A DNA stretch of 64,000 nucleotides, taken from positions 128,001-192,000 of the forward strand of contig JBEKYR010000004.1 of NCBI GenBank assembly GCA_049510745.1, read 5' to 3'. This document shows, piece by piece, positions 47,884 through 58,212 of the stretch; the stretch's first letter is position 1, and each line of letters begins with the position of its first letter. The position numbers and the translations under genes were made by a program. The notes under the pieces are model-generated. The model made no database searches. It had not been told where the DNA came from and saw only the letters and a program-made list of their open reading frames with translations. The stretch comes from Verrucomicrobiota bacterium. GTDB taxonomy: Bacteria; Verrucomicrobiota; Verrucomicrobiia; Limisphaerales; Palsa-1400.

Positions 47884-49074
47884 ATGGGCACTCTGAACTC
47901 AACCTCAGCTCCGCAGACGGCCTCCCCCGCTTCCGTCGCAAAAAACGAGGTCCCCTTTGGAGTCAACGAACTCCGGCTCGACGCCCGCCAATGGGCCGCT
48001 GCCTTGCTCATCGTGGCGACGGTGCTTTTGCTCACGCCTTGGGTTTGGGAACGTTTGCAACGGTTTGAAACTGGCCCGGACTACCGGCTGCCATATCAGC
48101 TCAGCAAGGACTATTGGCTCTACGGCTGTCGAGTGGGCCAGGTCGTCAACAAGAACAAAGTGCTTCTGCTGGGCGACTCGGTCGTCTGGGGCGAATACGT
48201 CGCCCCGGATGGCACTTTGGCTCATTTTCTCAATCAACAGGCCTGCGCGACCAACCGGTTTGTCAATCTCGGCATCAATGGCCTCTTCCCGCTGGCGCAG
48301 GAAGGCCTCATCAACTACTACGGCCGGTCACTGCGGCACGAAAAGATCCTCCTTCAACTCAATCTCCTTTGGCTCACCAGCCCCAAGGCCGACCTGAGCT
48401 CCGAAAAGGAAGCCCCCTTCAATCATTCCGGCCTCGTGCCCCAATTCACACCGCGCATCCCCTGCTACCACGCCGATGCCAACGAGCGGCTAGGCACCAT
48501 CATCCAGCGGACCGTCCCTTTCCTGCAATGGGTCGGACACATGCAGAACGCCTATTTTGACCAAAAGAGCATCCTGAGATGGACGCTGGAGGAGGACGGG
48601 GGCAGTCCGCCGCGTTATCCGAATGTCTATCGGAATCCATTGGCTCAAATCTCACTTACCGTGCCGTCCGCTCCGGTGGACGATCCCCAGCGAGGACCGA
48701 ACAGCCCGCGGCATAAGGCCTGGTCAGCGGAAGGGCAAGCTCCAACCCGATTCGAATGGGTGAACCTCGATGCCTCCCTGCAGTGGCACGCCTTCAAGCG
48801 GTTGGTCAAAGAACTGCGCACGCGGGGCAATTCTGTGTTCGTTGTGCTTGGCCCCTTTAATGAGCATCTGGTGGCCGAAGACAACAGGGCAACTTACCGC
48901 AAATTGCGGGGCGAGATTAGCGAGTGGCTGAAGCAGAACCGGATCCCCAACGCCATCCCGGAATCCCTGCCGAGCGAACTTTACGCCGATGCCAGCCATC
49001 CGCTGACACAGGGTTACCAAACGCTGGCCGAGCGCATTTATGCCGACCCGCAATTGCGGAGTTGGCTCAGATGA
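47884..49074 (+). CDS. Membrane-anchored SGNH-like protein (AlgJ/PatB/DltD-like partner)
   Basis: One TM, GDSVVWG, NLGING, C-terminal DASH (DxxH); starts 1 bp after the MBOAT stop. Confidence 0.65.
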   Translation: MGTLNSTSAPQTASPASVAKNEVPFGVNELRLDARQWAAALLIVATVLLLTPWVWERLQRFETGPDYRLPYQLSKDYWLYGCRVGQVVNKNKVLLLGDSVVWGEYVAPDGTLAHFLNQQACATNRFVNLGINGLFPLAQEGLINYYGRSLRHEKILLQLNLLWLTSPKADLSSEKEAPFNHSGLVPQFTPRIPCYHADANERLGTIIQRTVPFLQWVGHMQNAYFDQKSILRWTLEEDGGSPPRYPNVYRNPLAQISLTVPSAPVDDPQRGPNSPRHKAWSAEGQAPTRFEWVNLDASLQWHAFKRLVKELRTRGNSVFVVLGPFNEHLVAEDNRATYRKLRGEISEWLKQNRIPNAIPESLPSELYADASHPLTQGYQTLAERIYADPQLRSWLR

Positions 49075-49111
49075 TGGTCCATGTTAAAAGCGTCGCCACG
49101 GAAACATCTTT

Positions 49112-51361
49112 ATGACACGAACTGAAGCTCAATCCACTAAACGGCAAAACCGGGCAACCGCCTGCATACTCTCAACCATGCTCGCGACTGGCGCCCTCCT
49201 TAATGCGCTTGGCGCAAGCGTGGAGCCTAATTTGCTTAAAAACGCCGGTTTCGAAGAATCGGCCGACAAAGGAAATCCGCCGCACTGGAGCACGGCCGTC
49301 GGCAGCAATGGCAAACCACAGGTCACCGATCAAGCTTCTCATGGCGGCCGAAAGGCCTTGGCCATTCCCGAATACACGGCGGTGGAACAAAAGGTCGAAC
49401 TGGCCAAAGCCGGCGCCTACCTGGCTCGTGCATGGGTCAAGTCCGAAGCCCAACAAACCATCACCTTTGTGGTGCAGGATACCAACCAGCCCTGGGTTGG
49501 GTACACCTGCGCGGAAATCAAGGTGCCCAGCAATCAATGGGTGCAAGTCGAGGCCTTCTGCTCCTTGGATAAAGACGGCAGCCTCACTGTCACGCTGGGC
49601 GGAGTATCGAAGGATTTCCGCCTCTACCACGGCGTGAGCGCGGTCATGGGAAGCCCCATCCTTGTCGATGACCTCGAACTCTTCCGATACCAGCCCGGCG
49701 ACGGCCCGGTGACCGTGTGGGAAGTCAAGCAGGGAGCCTTGGATTGGTCCAGGCGCGGTCAATGGTCACAAGTCAGAACCCCGGCCAAATCCATCGCGGG
49801 CGACTGCGTCATCCAAAGCCCGCGCCTGGCCGGTATTGTGCGCAAGACCGACGGCAGCCTGGAAATCTCATCCATACTAAATGGCCAGCTCAAGCCGCGC
49901 TGCACGCTGATCCCCTCGATCCCCATCCCCGCCGCCAGGTGCGGCCTCGTCACAGCGAAGAATCGGAGGGGCATTCGCGTCAGTTCCGATGAGGGAGACC
50001 GCTCCTACACCGCCTGGTTCACCTCTGAAGGTCTGATCAGCCTGGCCGCCGACCACATACCGCAATTCCAGGTCAAGGATTGCCACCTGCGTTATGGGCT
50101 GCTGCCTTCGTTCGTGGGCACGGACATCTGTTACGCGCCCAAGAAAATGCCGGGTGGCAACGCCTTCAACCTGCCCTCGACGCAGTGGCTGGTTGGACTC
50201 GTGGACGGGAACGACAGCATGCTCGTCACGGTCTGGGAATCCGACGCGCAGGCGGTGTCGATGGGACTCGTGGGGGAGGGAGACAACCGCCTCATTGATT
50301 CTCTGACGATCTCCACTGCGAACGCCGGCTTTTCCCTGTCGTTGGTCGAGCACACCAACCTGTGGCACCGGGAAGACCTAAAAGAGGATTGGCTCGCCGA
50401 ATATGTCCCGATTGACTGGCAACGCCCGTTCCCGGCCCAGTGGATGTGTCACTTCTTTGTCACTCCTGGAGGCAAGCCCACGTTTCGGCAACCTTGCCTG
50501 AACTACTCTTTCCCCATCGCCTGTGCCAAGACGCGAGTGTGGGCCACCTGGTTTGAGGATTGGAATCACTATCCCTTCTTCTTCGACGGGCCGCGAACCA
50601 TGTTCCACTTCGAAAAATCCTTCATCCCGAATGGTGAAGCCCTGATTTACTTCCTTCAACCCGCCGCCGCCGACCTTTATTCGCCGTGCGAAATCGTCCA
50701 GCAGGCTTTGGGCCGGGAGAAGGCGATGGTGCTTTTTGATTTCGACGCCAATCGCCTGCGCAAGTTGAAATACTCCACGCCCGACGAGTTCATGTATGAC
50801 CGGCCGGTGTGCGCCACCACCACGCGTCTTTTCAGGATCAAGAAGGAGGACAAAGCCACGGTGGGTGTGAATCTGGCCACCCATCTCTACGAGTTTATCC
50901 GGGAAATCAGGCTGCGCGTTGACGATTACGGCGCCTTTTTCGCCCAAACCCAAGACTACCTGGAAAGCCAGAAGAAGGCCCAACCGGAACTGAACGATTA
51001 CCTGGAGGAGATGGAAGCGATGGTGGCCGAAGCCCAAGTCAAATCCCGCGAGATTTACGCGACCAGCCTGCCCGCCGTGCAAGAAAAAACCGAGGCGATC
51101 AAGAAGCTCCTGCTGGAAGGAACAGGAGATGGGTTCAGTTTTGGGATTTTGGATTGCAGACCCACCGCCGGTTCGCAAGATGACACCTGCCGCCGCTGCA
51201 GTCGATCGGTCATGCGGTTGGTGCAAACAGCCGCTCTGAAGTGTGGCGATTCCCCTCAAAAAGCCGTCATCGCCAAGCATATTTGGGATCAATCGCGCGT
51301 CATTTTGCGGCAACCGACGCGTTGGGAATCGCGACGGACCTTGTGGTTCTTTGAGCCGTGA
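49112..51361 (+). CDS. Secreted hypothetical protein with N-terminal CBM4/9-like domain
   Basis: Signal-like N-terminus, NLLKNAGFEE...VDDLEL galactose-binding-like domain, helical Cys-bearing C-terminus. Confidence 0.6.
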   Translation: MTRTEAQSTKRQNRATACILSTMLATGALLNALGASVEPNLLKNAGFEESADKGNPPHWSTAVGSNGKPQVTDQASHGGRKALAIPEYTAVEQKVELAKAGAYLARAWVKSEAQQTITFVVQDTNQPWVGYTCAEIKVPSNQWVQVEAFCSLDKDGSLTVTLGGVSKDFRLYHGVSAVMGSPILVDDLELFRYQPGDGPVTVWEVKQGALDWSRRGQWSQVRTPAKSIAGDCVIQSPRLAGIVRKTDGSLEISSILNGQLKPRCTLIPSIPIPAARCGLVTAKNRRGIRVSSDEGDRSYTAWFTSEGLISLAADHIPQFQVKDCHLRYGLLPSFVGTDICYAPKKMPGGNAFNLPSTQWLVGLVDGNDSMLVTVWESDAQAVSMGLVGEGDNRLIDSLTISTANAGFSLSLVEHTNLWHREDLKEDWLAEYVPIDWQRPFPAQWMCHFFVTPGGKPTFRQPCLNYSFPIACAKTRVWATWFEDWNHYPFFFDGPRTMFHFEKSFIPNGEALIYFLQPAAADLYSPCEIVQQALGREKAMVLFDFDANRLRKLKYSTPDEFMYDRPVCATTTRLFRIKKEDKATVGVNLATHLYEFIREIRLRVDDYGAFFAQTQDYLESQKKAQPELNDYLEEMEAMVAEAQVKSREIYATSLPAVQEKTEAIKKLLLEGTGDGFSFGILDCRPTAGSQDDTCRRCSRSVMRLVQTAALKCGDSPQKAVIAKHIWDQSRVILRQPTRWESRRTLWFFEP

Positions 51362-52326
51362 ACCAAACCGTCATCAGTTTGTCCATGAACCTTGCGCCCA
51401 CGCCGACCTTTCCACCTGAAATGAGAATCGAACCTTTTCTCCCGTCGTCTCGCCGGAGCGCGCAGCGCGGCGCTTCCCAACTGCCGTCTTGTCCAACGGC
51501 CGCCCTCTGCTGTTCCGTTCTGGCTGCGATGGTTTTGACCGGATGCAGCCCAGCGACCGAGCCTTCACCAACCGCGGCCAGTTCCGTCGTGAAGACCAAG
51601 TGTGGCAGTGACATGGTCGCCATTCCCGCGGGCCAATTCACGATGGGGTCCAAAGAGGGGCCGATTGACGTGAAGCCGGAACACGTGGTCAGAATTGACG
51701 CGTTTCTCATGGATCAGCGGGAGATCACGCAGGCAGCTTATGAAGCGGTCACAGGCAGCAACCCCTCGCGGCGCAAAAATCCCAAGAACCCAGTCGAGCA
51801 AGTCACCTGGTCCGCCGCGGCGCGATTCTGCAATGCCCGGTCGCTGCAAGAGGGCCTGACGCCCTGCTATGACACGAACACCTGGGAGTGCGATTTTTCA
51901 GCCACTGGATACCGGCTGCCCACCGAAGCGGAATGGGAGTACGCGTGCCGCGCGGGCAGCACCACTCAATATTACTATGGCGATAATCCGGAGGAACTGA
52001 AATCCCATGCATGGTTCGAGGGCAACTCCGAAGGTCATCCGCATCCGGTTGCCCAGCGCAAGCCCAACGCCTGGAACCTCTTCGACATGGCCGGAAACGT
52101 GTGGGAATGGTGCAACGATTATTACGGCGCCAAGTACTATCGCCAAAGCCCCGCAGACAATCCCCATGGGCCGAAGGAAGGCGAAAAGCGCGTGCTCAGA
52201 GGCGGAGCCTGGTCCGCCAGCTCCGCCAATTGCACTTCCTGGGTGCGGAACTGTGACGAGGCTGGTTTGACCGACATCTGCCTGACCGGGGATTCCAACG
52301 GCTTCCGGTGCGTGCGCAAGAAGTGA
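51358..52326 (+). CDS. Formylglycine-generating-enzyme (SUMF1) domain lipoprotein
   Basis: LTGC lipobox, FTMGS, PVEQVTW, RLPTEAEWEYACRAG, DMAGNVWEW, RGGAW, GFRCV. Confidence 0.9.
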   Translation: MNQTVISLSMNLAPTPTFPPEMRIEPFLPSSRRSAQRGASQLPSCPTAALCCSVLAAMVLTGCSPATEPSPTAASSVVKTKCGSDMVAIPAGQFTMGSKEGPIDVKPEHVVRIDAFLMDQREITQAAYEAVTGSNPSRRKNPKNPVEQVTWSAAARFCNARSLQEGLTPCYDTNTWECDFSATGYRLPTEAEWEYACRAGSTTQYYYGDNPEELKSHAWFEGNSEGHPHPVAQRKPNAWNLFDMAGNVWEWCNDYYGAKYYRQSPADNPHGPKEGEKRVLRGGAWSASSANCTSWVRNCDEAGLTDICLTGDSNGFRCVRKK

Positions 52327-52625
52327 GCTTGGGATCGCTCGCCAGTGCGGTGACGTTTGGCGGGTGGTTTGGCGGCCGTATAGGCGCTTGCATGAATCGG
52401 CGGGTCATGGCCCAGAACATCGATAGATTTGTTGCGCCTTTCCGAGAGCGCGACAACGGTTCCTGGGAAAGCGAATACTGGGGCAAATGGTTCACCTCCG
52501 CAGCCTTCGGTTATCTTTATCAGCCCTCGGCGGAACACAAGGCCAAGATTGACCAGGCCGTGCGCGCCCTGCTTCAGACCCAGAGCCCGGACGGACAGAT
52601 CACACCCGGTGATCCTCGCGGATGA
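52327..52625 (+). pseudogene. Internal fragment of a GH127/GH146-like glycosidase
   Basis: GGWFGGRIGAC...RVMAQ...PF...WESEYWGKWFTSA...TQSPDG; no signal peptide, and the frame runs into the end of metV. Confidence 0.65.
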
Positions 52626-53268
52626 TTGTGCGGCAGCCGCCGGCCTGGCTGGAACGCCAGTTCTTGGGCGGTTTCGTCTTCTTGAGTTGGTCCAATTGAC
52701 CGATTTCCTTGAGACGCAGGTAGATGAGTTGCCAGGCACAAGGGCGGGCCGGGTCCACTTCGCAGTGGTCTTCACGGGAGCCGCTGCACGGGCCATTGAG
52801 CATGCGTTTGGCACAGCGGGTGACCGGGCAAATGCCGCCGTAGAGGTGGAGCACACAGGCGCCACACGCGCCACATTTTTCCGCCCAGACTCCGCGTTCC
52901 TCGAGGATGCCGATGAATGCGGTGTCCAAGCCGGCATAGACCGGTTTGCCGCTGTAACGCTCGGCCAGGGCCTGCACGCCGGCGCCGCAACCCAGGGACA
53001 AGACGGCGTCGTGGTTCTTGATGGCCTCGGCCGCTTGCTCGAGGAAGACGTTGTCGCACTGGCGTTCGATGGTGGCTTCATCGACTTCGAGGGGGAGGCC
53101 TTTGAGTTTTGCCGCCATGCGCAACGCGGAGGCGATGATGCTGACTTCGCGTTGTCCGCCGGCCAGGCAGACGGTGACGCAGGTGCCACAACCGAGCAAG
53201 AGCAGCTTTCGGTGTTTTTCCACTATGGCCAGCAGGTCAGGGATGTTCTTTCTTTGTGCAACGATCAT
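52600..53268 (-). CDS. metV: MetV-like (methylene-THF reductase C-terminal domain) Fe-S protein
   Basis: GCGTCVTVC, ERQC, GCGAG, CGACGAC...CPVTRCAK...NGPC...CEV...CAW. ATG 53268 overlaps the mvhD stop. Confidence 0.85.
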   Translation of the reverse strand: MIVAQRKNIPDLLAIVEKHRKLLLLGCGTCVTVCLAGGQREVSIIASALRMAAKLKGLPLEVDEATIERQCDNVFLEQAAEAIKNHDAVLSLGCGAGVQALAERYSGKPVYAGLDTAFIGILEERGVWAEKCGACGACVLHLYGGICPVTRCAKRMLNGPCSGSREDHCEVDPARPCAWQLIYLRLKEIGQLDQLKKTKPPKNWRSSQAGGCRTIIREDHRV

Positions 53269-53711
53269 GAGCAGTTCTCCGGTTTGGGCGAACCATCGGG
53301 TTTGATGGGGTTCGGGCCCAGTTTGCGAATGGTTTGGACCATGTCGGTAATCGTATCCGCCAGGGGCCGGGCCATGGCGGCGGAAATGTTGACCATGCGG
53401 ATGCGGTCCTTTTCGAGGCCGATTTCCAGCAGCAGGTCCCGGGTATAATTGACCCGGCGTTTGGCGCAAAGATTACCTTCGACAAAATGGCAGCCGCCTT
53501 CCAGGCAGCCGGCGACCAGCACGCCGTCCGCGCCGTGTTCCAATGCCTTCATGAAATACTCCGTTTCCAGCCGGCCGGTGCAGGGAGTGCGGATGATGCG
53601 CACATTGGGCGGGTACTGGATGCGCATCGAGCCGGCCAGGTCAGCGGAGGAATAGGCGCAGTAGTGGCAGCAAAAGGCCACAATCTTGGGTTGAAAGGCT
53701 TCGGCTTGCAT
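53265..53711 (-). CDS. mvhD: MvhD/FlpD [2Fe-2S] subunit
   Basis: FCCHYCAYSSADLAG, PCTGR, GADGVLVAGC...CHFVEGN. Confidence 0.95.
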   Translation of the reverse strand: MQAEAFQPKIVAFCCHYCAYSSADLAGSMRIQYPPNVRIIRTPCTGRLETEYFMKALEHGADGVLVAGCLEGGCHFVEGNLCAKRRVNYTRDLLLEIGLEKDRIRMVNISAAMARPLADTITDMVQTIRKLGPNPIKPDGSPKPENCS

Positions 53712-53714
53712 GGC

Positions 53715-56700
53715 TCAGACGGTTTCCACCAACTCCCTTTCCGGGTGGGCGGCAGTCAAAAGTTCGCCGTTCCGCTCCGGGAACAATTGCCGGATCATGA
53801 CCAGGAACTGGTCGGTTTCAAAGTGATGCAGTTGGATGGCGCGGGCGGGACACTCGGCGGCGCAGATGCCGCAGCCCATGCACTTGGCGGCCTCGATCTG
53901 GCCCTTGCCGTCCTTGTTGCAGAACGGCGCGGAATACGGGCAGACGGTGACGCAGGTCATGCAGGAGATGCATTTCTGCTGGCTGACATAACAGACCTGG
54001 GCGCTGACGTCGAGTTGCGTTTTGGAAAGGACGGTGGCGGCGCGGGCGGCGGCGGCGCGCGCCTGGGAAATGTTCTCGTCGATGAACTTGGGCGAATGGG
54101 CCAGCCCGCAAAGGAAGACGCCTTCGGTGGCGAAATCCACCGGCCGCAGCTTCATGTGGGCTTCCACATAAAATCCGTCGGCGTTCAGCGGCACCTTGAG
54201 CATGTCGGAAATGCGCTTGTTGTTCTTCAGGTCGCTTTCAATGCCGGTGCTGAGGACAACATTGTCAGCTTCGACCTGGAGCGGTTCGGGGAAGTCGGGG
54301 CTTTTCAGGCTGACGACCAGGCCCTGAGTATCGCGCACCTCGGGCGGCGCTTCAGGCGTATAGCGGATAAAGACGACACCGGCCCGGCGGGCTTGCTGGT
54401 AGTAGAGTTCACGGAAGCCGTAAGTCCTGACGTCGCGGTAGAGGACGAAGACGTTGGCGGCGGGATCTTGTTTCTTGATGGCCAATGCATTCTTGATGGC
54501 CATCGAGCAGCAAATACGGCTGCAGAAAGGATGCTGCTCGTTGCGCGAGCCGACACACTGGATCATGACGATATTTTGTCCCTTCGCGGGATAGGCTTTG
54601 TCGTGCAACAGTTTTTCCAGCTCAACCTGCGTCAAGACGCCTGCGGAGCGGCCATACAAGAACTCGGAGGTCCTGGCTTGGCGCGCGCCGGTGGCGACGA
54701 TGATGGCGCCACCGGACACTTCGAGTGGCTGGCCGCCCTTGACCAGCGACAGATGGAATTTGCCGACGTGGCCTTTGATGGCGGAGATTTCTGTTTCCAG
54801 ATACAGCTTGATGTGGGGATGCTTCTCGACTTGCCGGATAAGGGCGTTGGTAAACTGAGCGAGGTCCGCGTGCTCGAAGGTGCTGTGAATCTCGTGCAGG
54901 GTCCCTCCCAGACGATTCGTCTGTTCCACCAGATGCACCGGAAATCCCTGATTCGCCAGCGCCAGGGCCGCGGTCATGCCACTCAAGCCGCCGCCGATGA
55001 CCAAGCCCGTCTGGTCAACCTGCAGCGTCCCGCCTTCCAGCGGCGAGAGCATCCGCGCCCGGGCGATGGCCATGTTGACCAGTTCAACCGCCTTTTCCGT
55101 GGCGGATTGCGGCGCCGCGGAATGCACCCAGGAGCACTGGTCGCGGATGTTGGCCATCTCGAACAAATGGGGATTCAACCCCGCTTCGCGCAAGGTTTCA
55201 CGGAACAAAGGCTCGTGCGTTCGCGGGGTGCAGGAGGCCACCACGATACGATTGAGCCGATGCTCGCGGATCGCATCCTTGATGTTCGACAAGCTCGTAT
55301 CGGAACAGGTGAACATGGTATGAGTCGCCAACACGACGCCCGGCTGGTTCGCGACGCTTTTCGCGACTCGCTCGACATCTACGACGGAGCCGATGTTCAT
55401 GCCGCAGTGGCAGACAAAGACCCCCACTCGCGCTGCTTCATCGGCGACATCATGCTCGGTGGGGTAACTCTTTTTGGTGATCAGCGTATTGCGCGCGGGC
55501 GCCAGCAATTCCATTGCCATGGACGCCGCGGCGCTGGCTTGGGTCACCGTTTCGGGAATGTCCTTGGGCTCCTGGAAGGCGCCGCCGACGAAGACGCCCG
55601 GCCGGGAGGTCGATAAGGGGGCCAGGCGGTCGGTGTGGCAGAAGCCAAAGTCGTTCAGCTTGATGTCGAGGCTGGCCGCGCACTTGGCCATGGACTTCGG
55701 CGGTTCCATGCCGACGGACAGAACGATCAGGTCAAAATCCTGCTGTTGAAGCTGGCTGTTGCCATCCAGAAATTGAACGCGCAGGTCTTTGCTGCCGGGG
55801 ACCTGAACAATCCGCGAGGGAATGCTTTTGACGTAGTGGATGTTTTTCTGCGCCCTGGCGCGCTCATAGTACTGGTCAAAATCCTTGCCGTAGGCGCGGA
55901 TATCCATGTAGAAGATGGTCGCGTCCAGGCCTTCGACGTGATCGCCCGCCACCATGGCCTGTTTGGTCGCCATCATGCAGCAGATGGACGAGCAATAGTC
56001 ATTGCCACAAGCCGAATCCCGCGAACCGACGCATTGGATCCAGGCGATGCGCTGGGCTTTGCGGCCATCGGACAGCCGGATGACATGCCCTTCAAACGGC
56101 CCCGCGGCCGAGAGCATGCGCTCGAATTGAACACTGGTAACGACGTTGGGATGGCGGCCATAACCGAATTCGCCTTTTCGTTTGGCATCGAATTCACCAA
56201 AGCCCGGGGTCAGGATGACAGCGCCCACCTCGAGCGTAACGGTCCGCTCCTTCATCGCGTGGTCGATGGCGTGCTGTTGGCAAGTCTCGACGCACCGATT
56301 GCACTCCGAGCACAGGGCGCAGTTAAGACAACGCTCCGCCTCCGCCAACGCTTGCTCCTCGGTCAGCCCTTTTTCGACTTCGTCGAAATTCCCCAGCCGA
56401 TTGGCTGGCGGCAGTTCGGCGGCGTGGGGCCGGTCCTTCTTCGCGACTTTCCCGGCATCGGGCAGCAGCTCCTCCGGCATGGGGTTGACCGTGCTCTCAA
56501 AACGGGCAGCCAGCAGGTCCTTGCCGGTCAAATAGCGTTCGATGGATTCGGCGACCCGTTTGCCGGCCGCGACCGCATCGATCACCGACGCGGGACCCGA
56601 GGCATTGTCGCCGCCGGCGAAAACGCCGGGGATGGAGGTTTGCCCGGTGACGGGGTCGGCTTTGAAGCAGCCTCTTTCGCTATCAACCGGGATATGCCCG

Positions 56701-58211
56701 AGCAACTGCTCATCCACCATCTGGCCGATGGCCACAATGATTTGGTCGGCTTCCAGAGTGGCCAGGTCGTTTTCGTCAAAGGCGGGACTAAACCGTTTCC
56801 GATCGTCGAAGACCCGGAGGCACCGTTTGATCTCGAGGCCGGTCACGGAACCATTCCCCGTGATGCGCTTGGGGCCCCAGCCGTCGCGGATCGTAATGTT
56901 TTCGGCCAGCGTGGCCTCGATTTCTTCCTTGTAGGCGGGCATTTCATCGCGCCGTTCCAGGCAAACCATCTCGACCTTCCTGGCGCCGAGGCGCAGGGCG
57001 GTCCGGGCGACATCCACCGCCACATTGCCGCCGCCAATCACCAGGACCCGGTCTTTCACCACCGGCTTCCGGGCCGAAGCCGCGTCCCGGAGGAATTCGA
57101 CACCATGAAACACGCCGTTGATTTGTTCGCCTTCGATGCGGAGCTTGCGGCTTTTCTGGGCGCCGGCGGAAAGGAATATGGCCTGATAATCCTGCCGGAG
57201 CGATTGGAAGGTGATGTTCTCGCCGATGCGGCAGTTATAGACGAACTTGACGCCCTTGCGGCGGATCAGTTCGACTTCATGGTCCAAAATGTCCTTCGGC
57301 AGCCGGTACTCAGGAATCCCCCAGCGGAGCATGCCGCCGGCGGCGCCGAGCGCTTCAAACACGGTGACGGCAAAACCGGCATCGGCAAGGTCAGCCGCCG
57401 CGGTCAATCCGGCCGGGCCGCCGCCAATCACAGCGACCTTTTTGGCGTCCGGCGCGGGAGATTTTTCTTCCGGCAAAGCTAGTTTCCCCGCCGCCAGCAT
57501 TTCGATTTCCTGGTCGGACGCGAACCGTTTCAACAACCGGATGGCGATGGGATCATCGGCCTTGCCGCGGGTGCAAACGGATTCGCAGGGATGGGTGCAA
57601 ATCCGGCCGCAGATCGCGGAGAGGGGATTTCGCTGGCGAACAAGGTTGACTGCCTTGAGGTATTCCTTCTTCTTGATGAGCTGAACGTAGCCTTGGACGT
57701 TGACCCTGGCCGGGCACTTCACCTTGCAGGGCGCGTGGCCGTGTTTGAGGATGCCAAAGATGTTGGGCGTGGCCTGAGCGTAGAGCTTGGCGATTCCCTT
57801 GCGCGTGCCGAGGCAGCGGTTGAACTCGTCCGGTATATCGACGGGGCACGCTTGGGTGCATTCGCTGCAGCCGGTGCATTTATCCTCGTCAACAAATCGC
57901 GGAAACCGCCGGACGGTGGCTTGAAAATGCCCCGGATCACCCTTCAGGCCGGTCAATTCCGAGAGTGTCAGGATCTCGACGTTGAGATTCCGCGCGCATT
58001 CCACCAGTTTGGGCGAGACAATGCAGGTCGCGCAATCGCCCGTCGGGAAAGTCTTGTCCAGGTGGGCCATCATGCCGCCGATGGCGGCGTCGCGCTCGAC
58101 GAGATAGACCTTGAAGCCGCTGTTGGCCAGGTCCAGCGAGGCCTGCACGCCGGCGATGCCGCCGCCCTGCACCAGCACCGCGCCAATCTTCTTGTCGTCG
58201 GATTTGCTCAT
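53715..58211 (-). CDS. hdrA: Large HdrA-like flavoprotein (HdrL type) with GltD-like NAD(P)H oxidoreductase insert and a second HdrA unit
   Basis: GGGIAG, LDKTFPTGDC, CGRICTHPCE, GGGPAG, GGGNVA, QCVGSR twice, CHCGMNI, CTPRTHE, RDQCSWVH, C-terminal 2x[4Fe-4S]. Confidence 0.92.
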   Translation of the reverse strand: MSKSDDKKIGAVLVQGGGIAGVQASLDLANSGFKVYLVERDAAIGGMMAHLDKTFPTGDCATCIVSPKLVECARNLNVEILTLSELTGLKGDPGHFQATVRRFPRFVDEDKCTGCSECTQACPVDIPDEFNRCLGTRKGIAKLYAQATPNIFGILKHGHAPCKVKCPARVNVQGYVQLIKKKEYLKAVNLVRQRNPLSAICGRICTHPCESVCTRGKADDPIAIRLLKRFASDQEIEMLAAGKLALPEEKSPAPDAKKVAVIGGGPAGLTAAADLADAGFAVTVFEALGAAGGMLRWGIPEYRLPKDILDHEVELIRRKGVKFVYNCRIGENITFQSLRQDYQAIFLSAGAQKSRKLRIEGEQINGVFHGVEFLRDAASARKPVVKDRVLVIGGGNVAVDVARTALRLGARKVEMVCLERRDEMPAYKEEIEATLAENITIRDGWGPKRITGNGSVTGLEIKRCLRVFDDRKRFSPAFDENDLATLEADQIIVAIGQMVDEQLLGHIPVDSERGCFKADPVTGQTSIPGVFAGGDNASGPASVIDAVAAGKRVAESIERYLTGKDLLAARFESTVNPMPEELLPDAGKVAKKDRPHAAELPPANRLGNFDEVEKGLTEEQALAEAERCLNCALCSECNRCVETCQQHAIDHAMKERTVTLEVGAVILTPGFGEFDAKRKGEFGYGRHPNVVTSVQFERMLSAAGPFEGHVIRLSDGRKAQRIAWIQCVGSRDSACGNDYCSSICCMMATKQAMVAGDHVEGLDATIFYMDIRAYGKDFDQYYERARAQKNIHYVKSIPSRIVQVPGSKDLRVQFLDGNSQLQQQDFDLIVLSVGMEPPKSMAKCAASLDIKLNDFGFCHTDRLAPLSTSRPGVFVGGAFQEPKDIPETVTQASAAASMAMELLAPARNTLITKKSYPTEHDVADEAARVGVFVCHCGMNIGSVVDVERVAKSVANQPGVVLATHTMFTCSDTSLSNIKDAIREHRLNRIVVASCTPRTHEPLFRETLREAGLNPHLFEMANIRDQCSWVHSAAPQSATEKAVELVNMAIARARMLSPLEGGTLQVDQTGLVIGGGLSGMTAALALANQGFPVHLVEQTNRLGGTLHEIHSTFEHADLAQFTNALIRQVEKHPHIKLYLETEISAIKGHVGKFHLSLVKGGQPLEVSGGAIIVATGARQARTSEFLYGRSAGVLTQVELEKLLHDKAYPAKGQNIVMIQCVGSRNEQHPFCSRICCSMAIKNALAIKKQDPAANVFVLYRDVRTYGFRELYYQQARRAGVVFIRYTPEAPPEVRDTQGLVVSLKSPDFPEPLQVEADNVVLSTGIESDLKNNKRISDMLKVPLNADGFYVEAHMKLRPVDFATEGVFLCGLAHSPKFIDENISQARAAAARAATVLSKTQLDVSAQVCYVSQQKCISCMTCVTVCPYSAPFCNKDGKGQIEAAKCMGCGICAAECPARAIQLHHFETDQFLVMIRQLFPERNGELLTAAHPERELVETV

Positions 58212-58212
58212 A

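Noticed and set aside
53334..57482. 760-aa and 615-aa plus-strand ORFs
   Set aside because: Antisense shadows of mvhD/hdrA.
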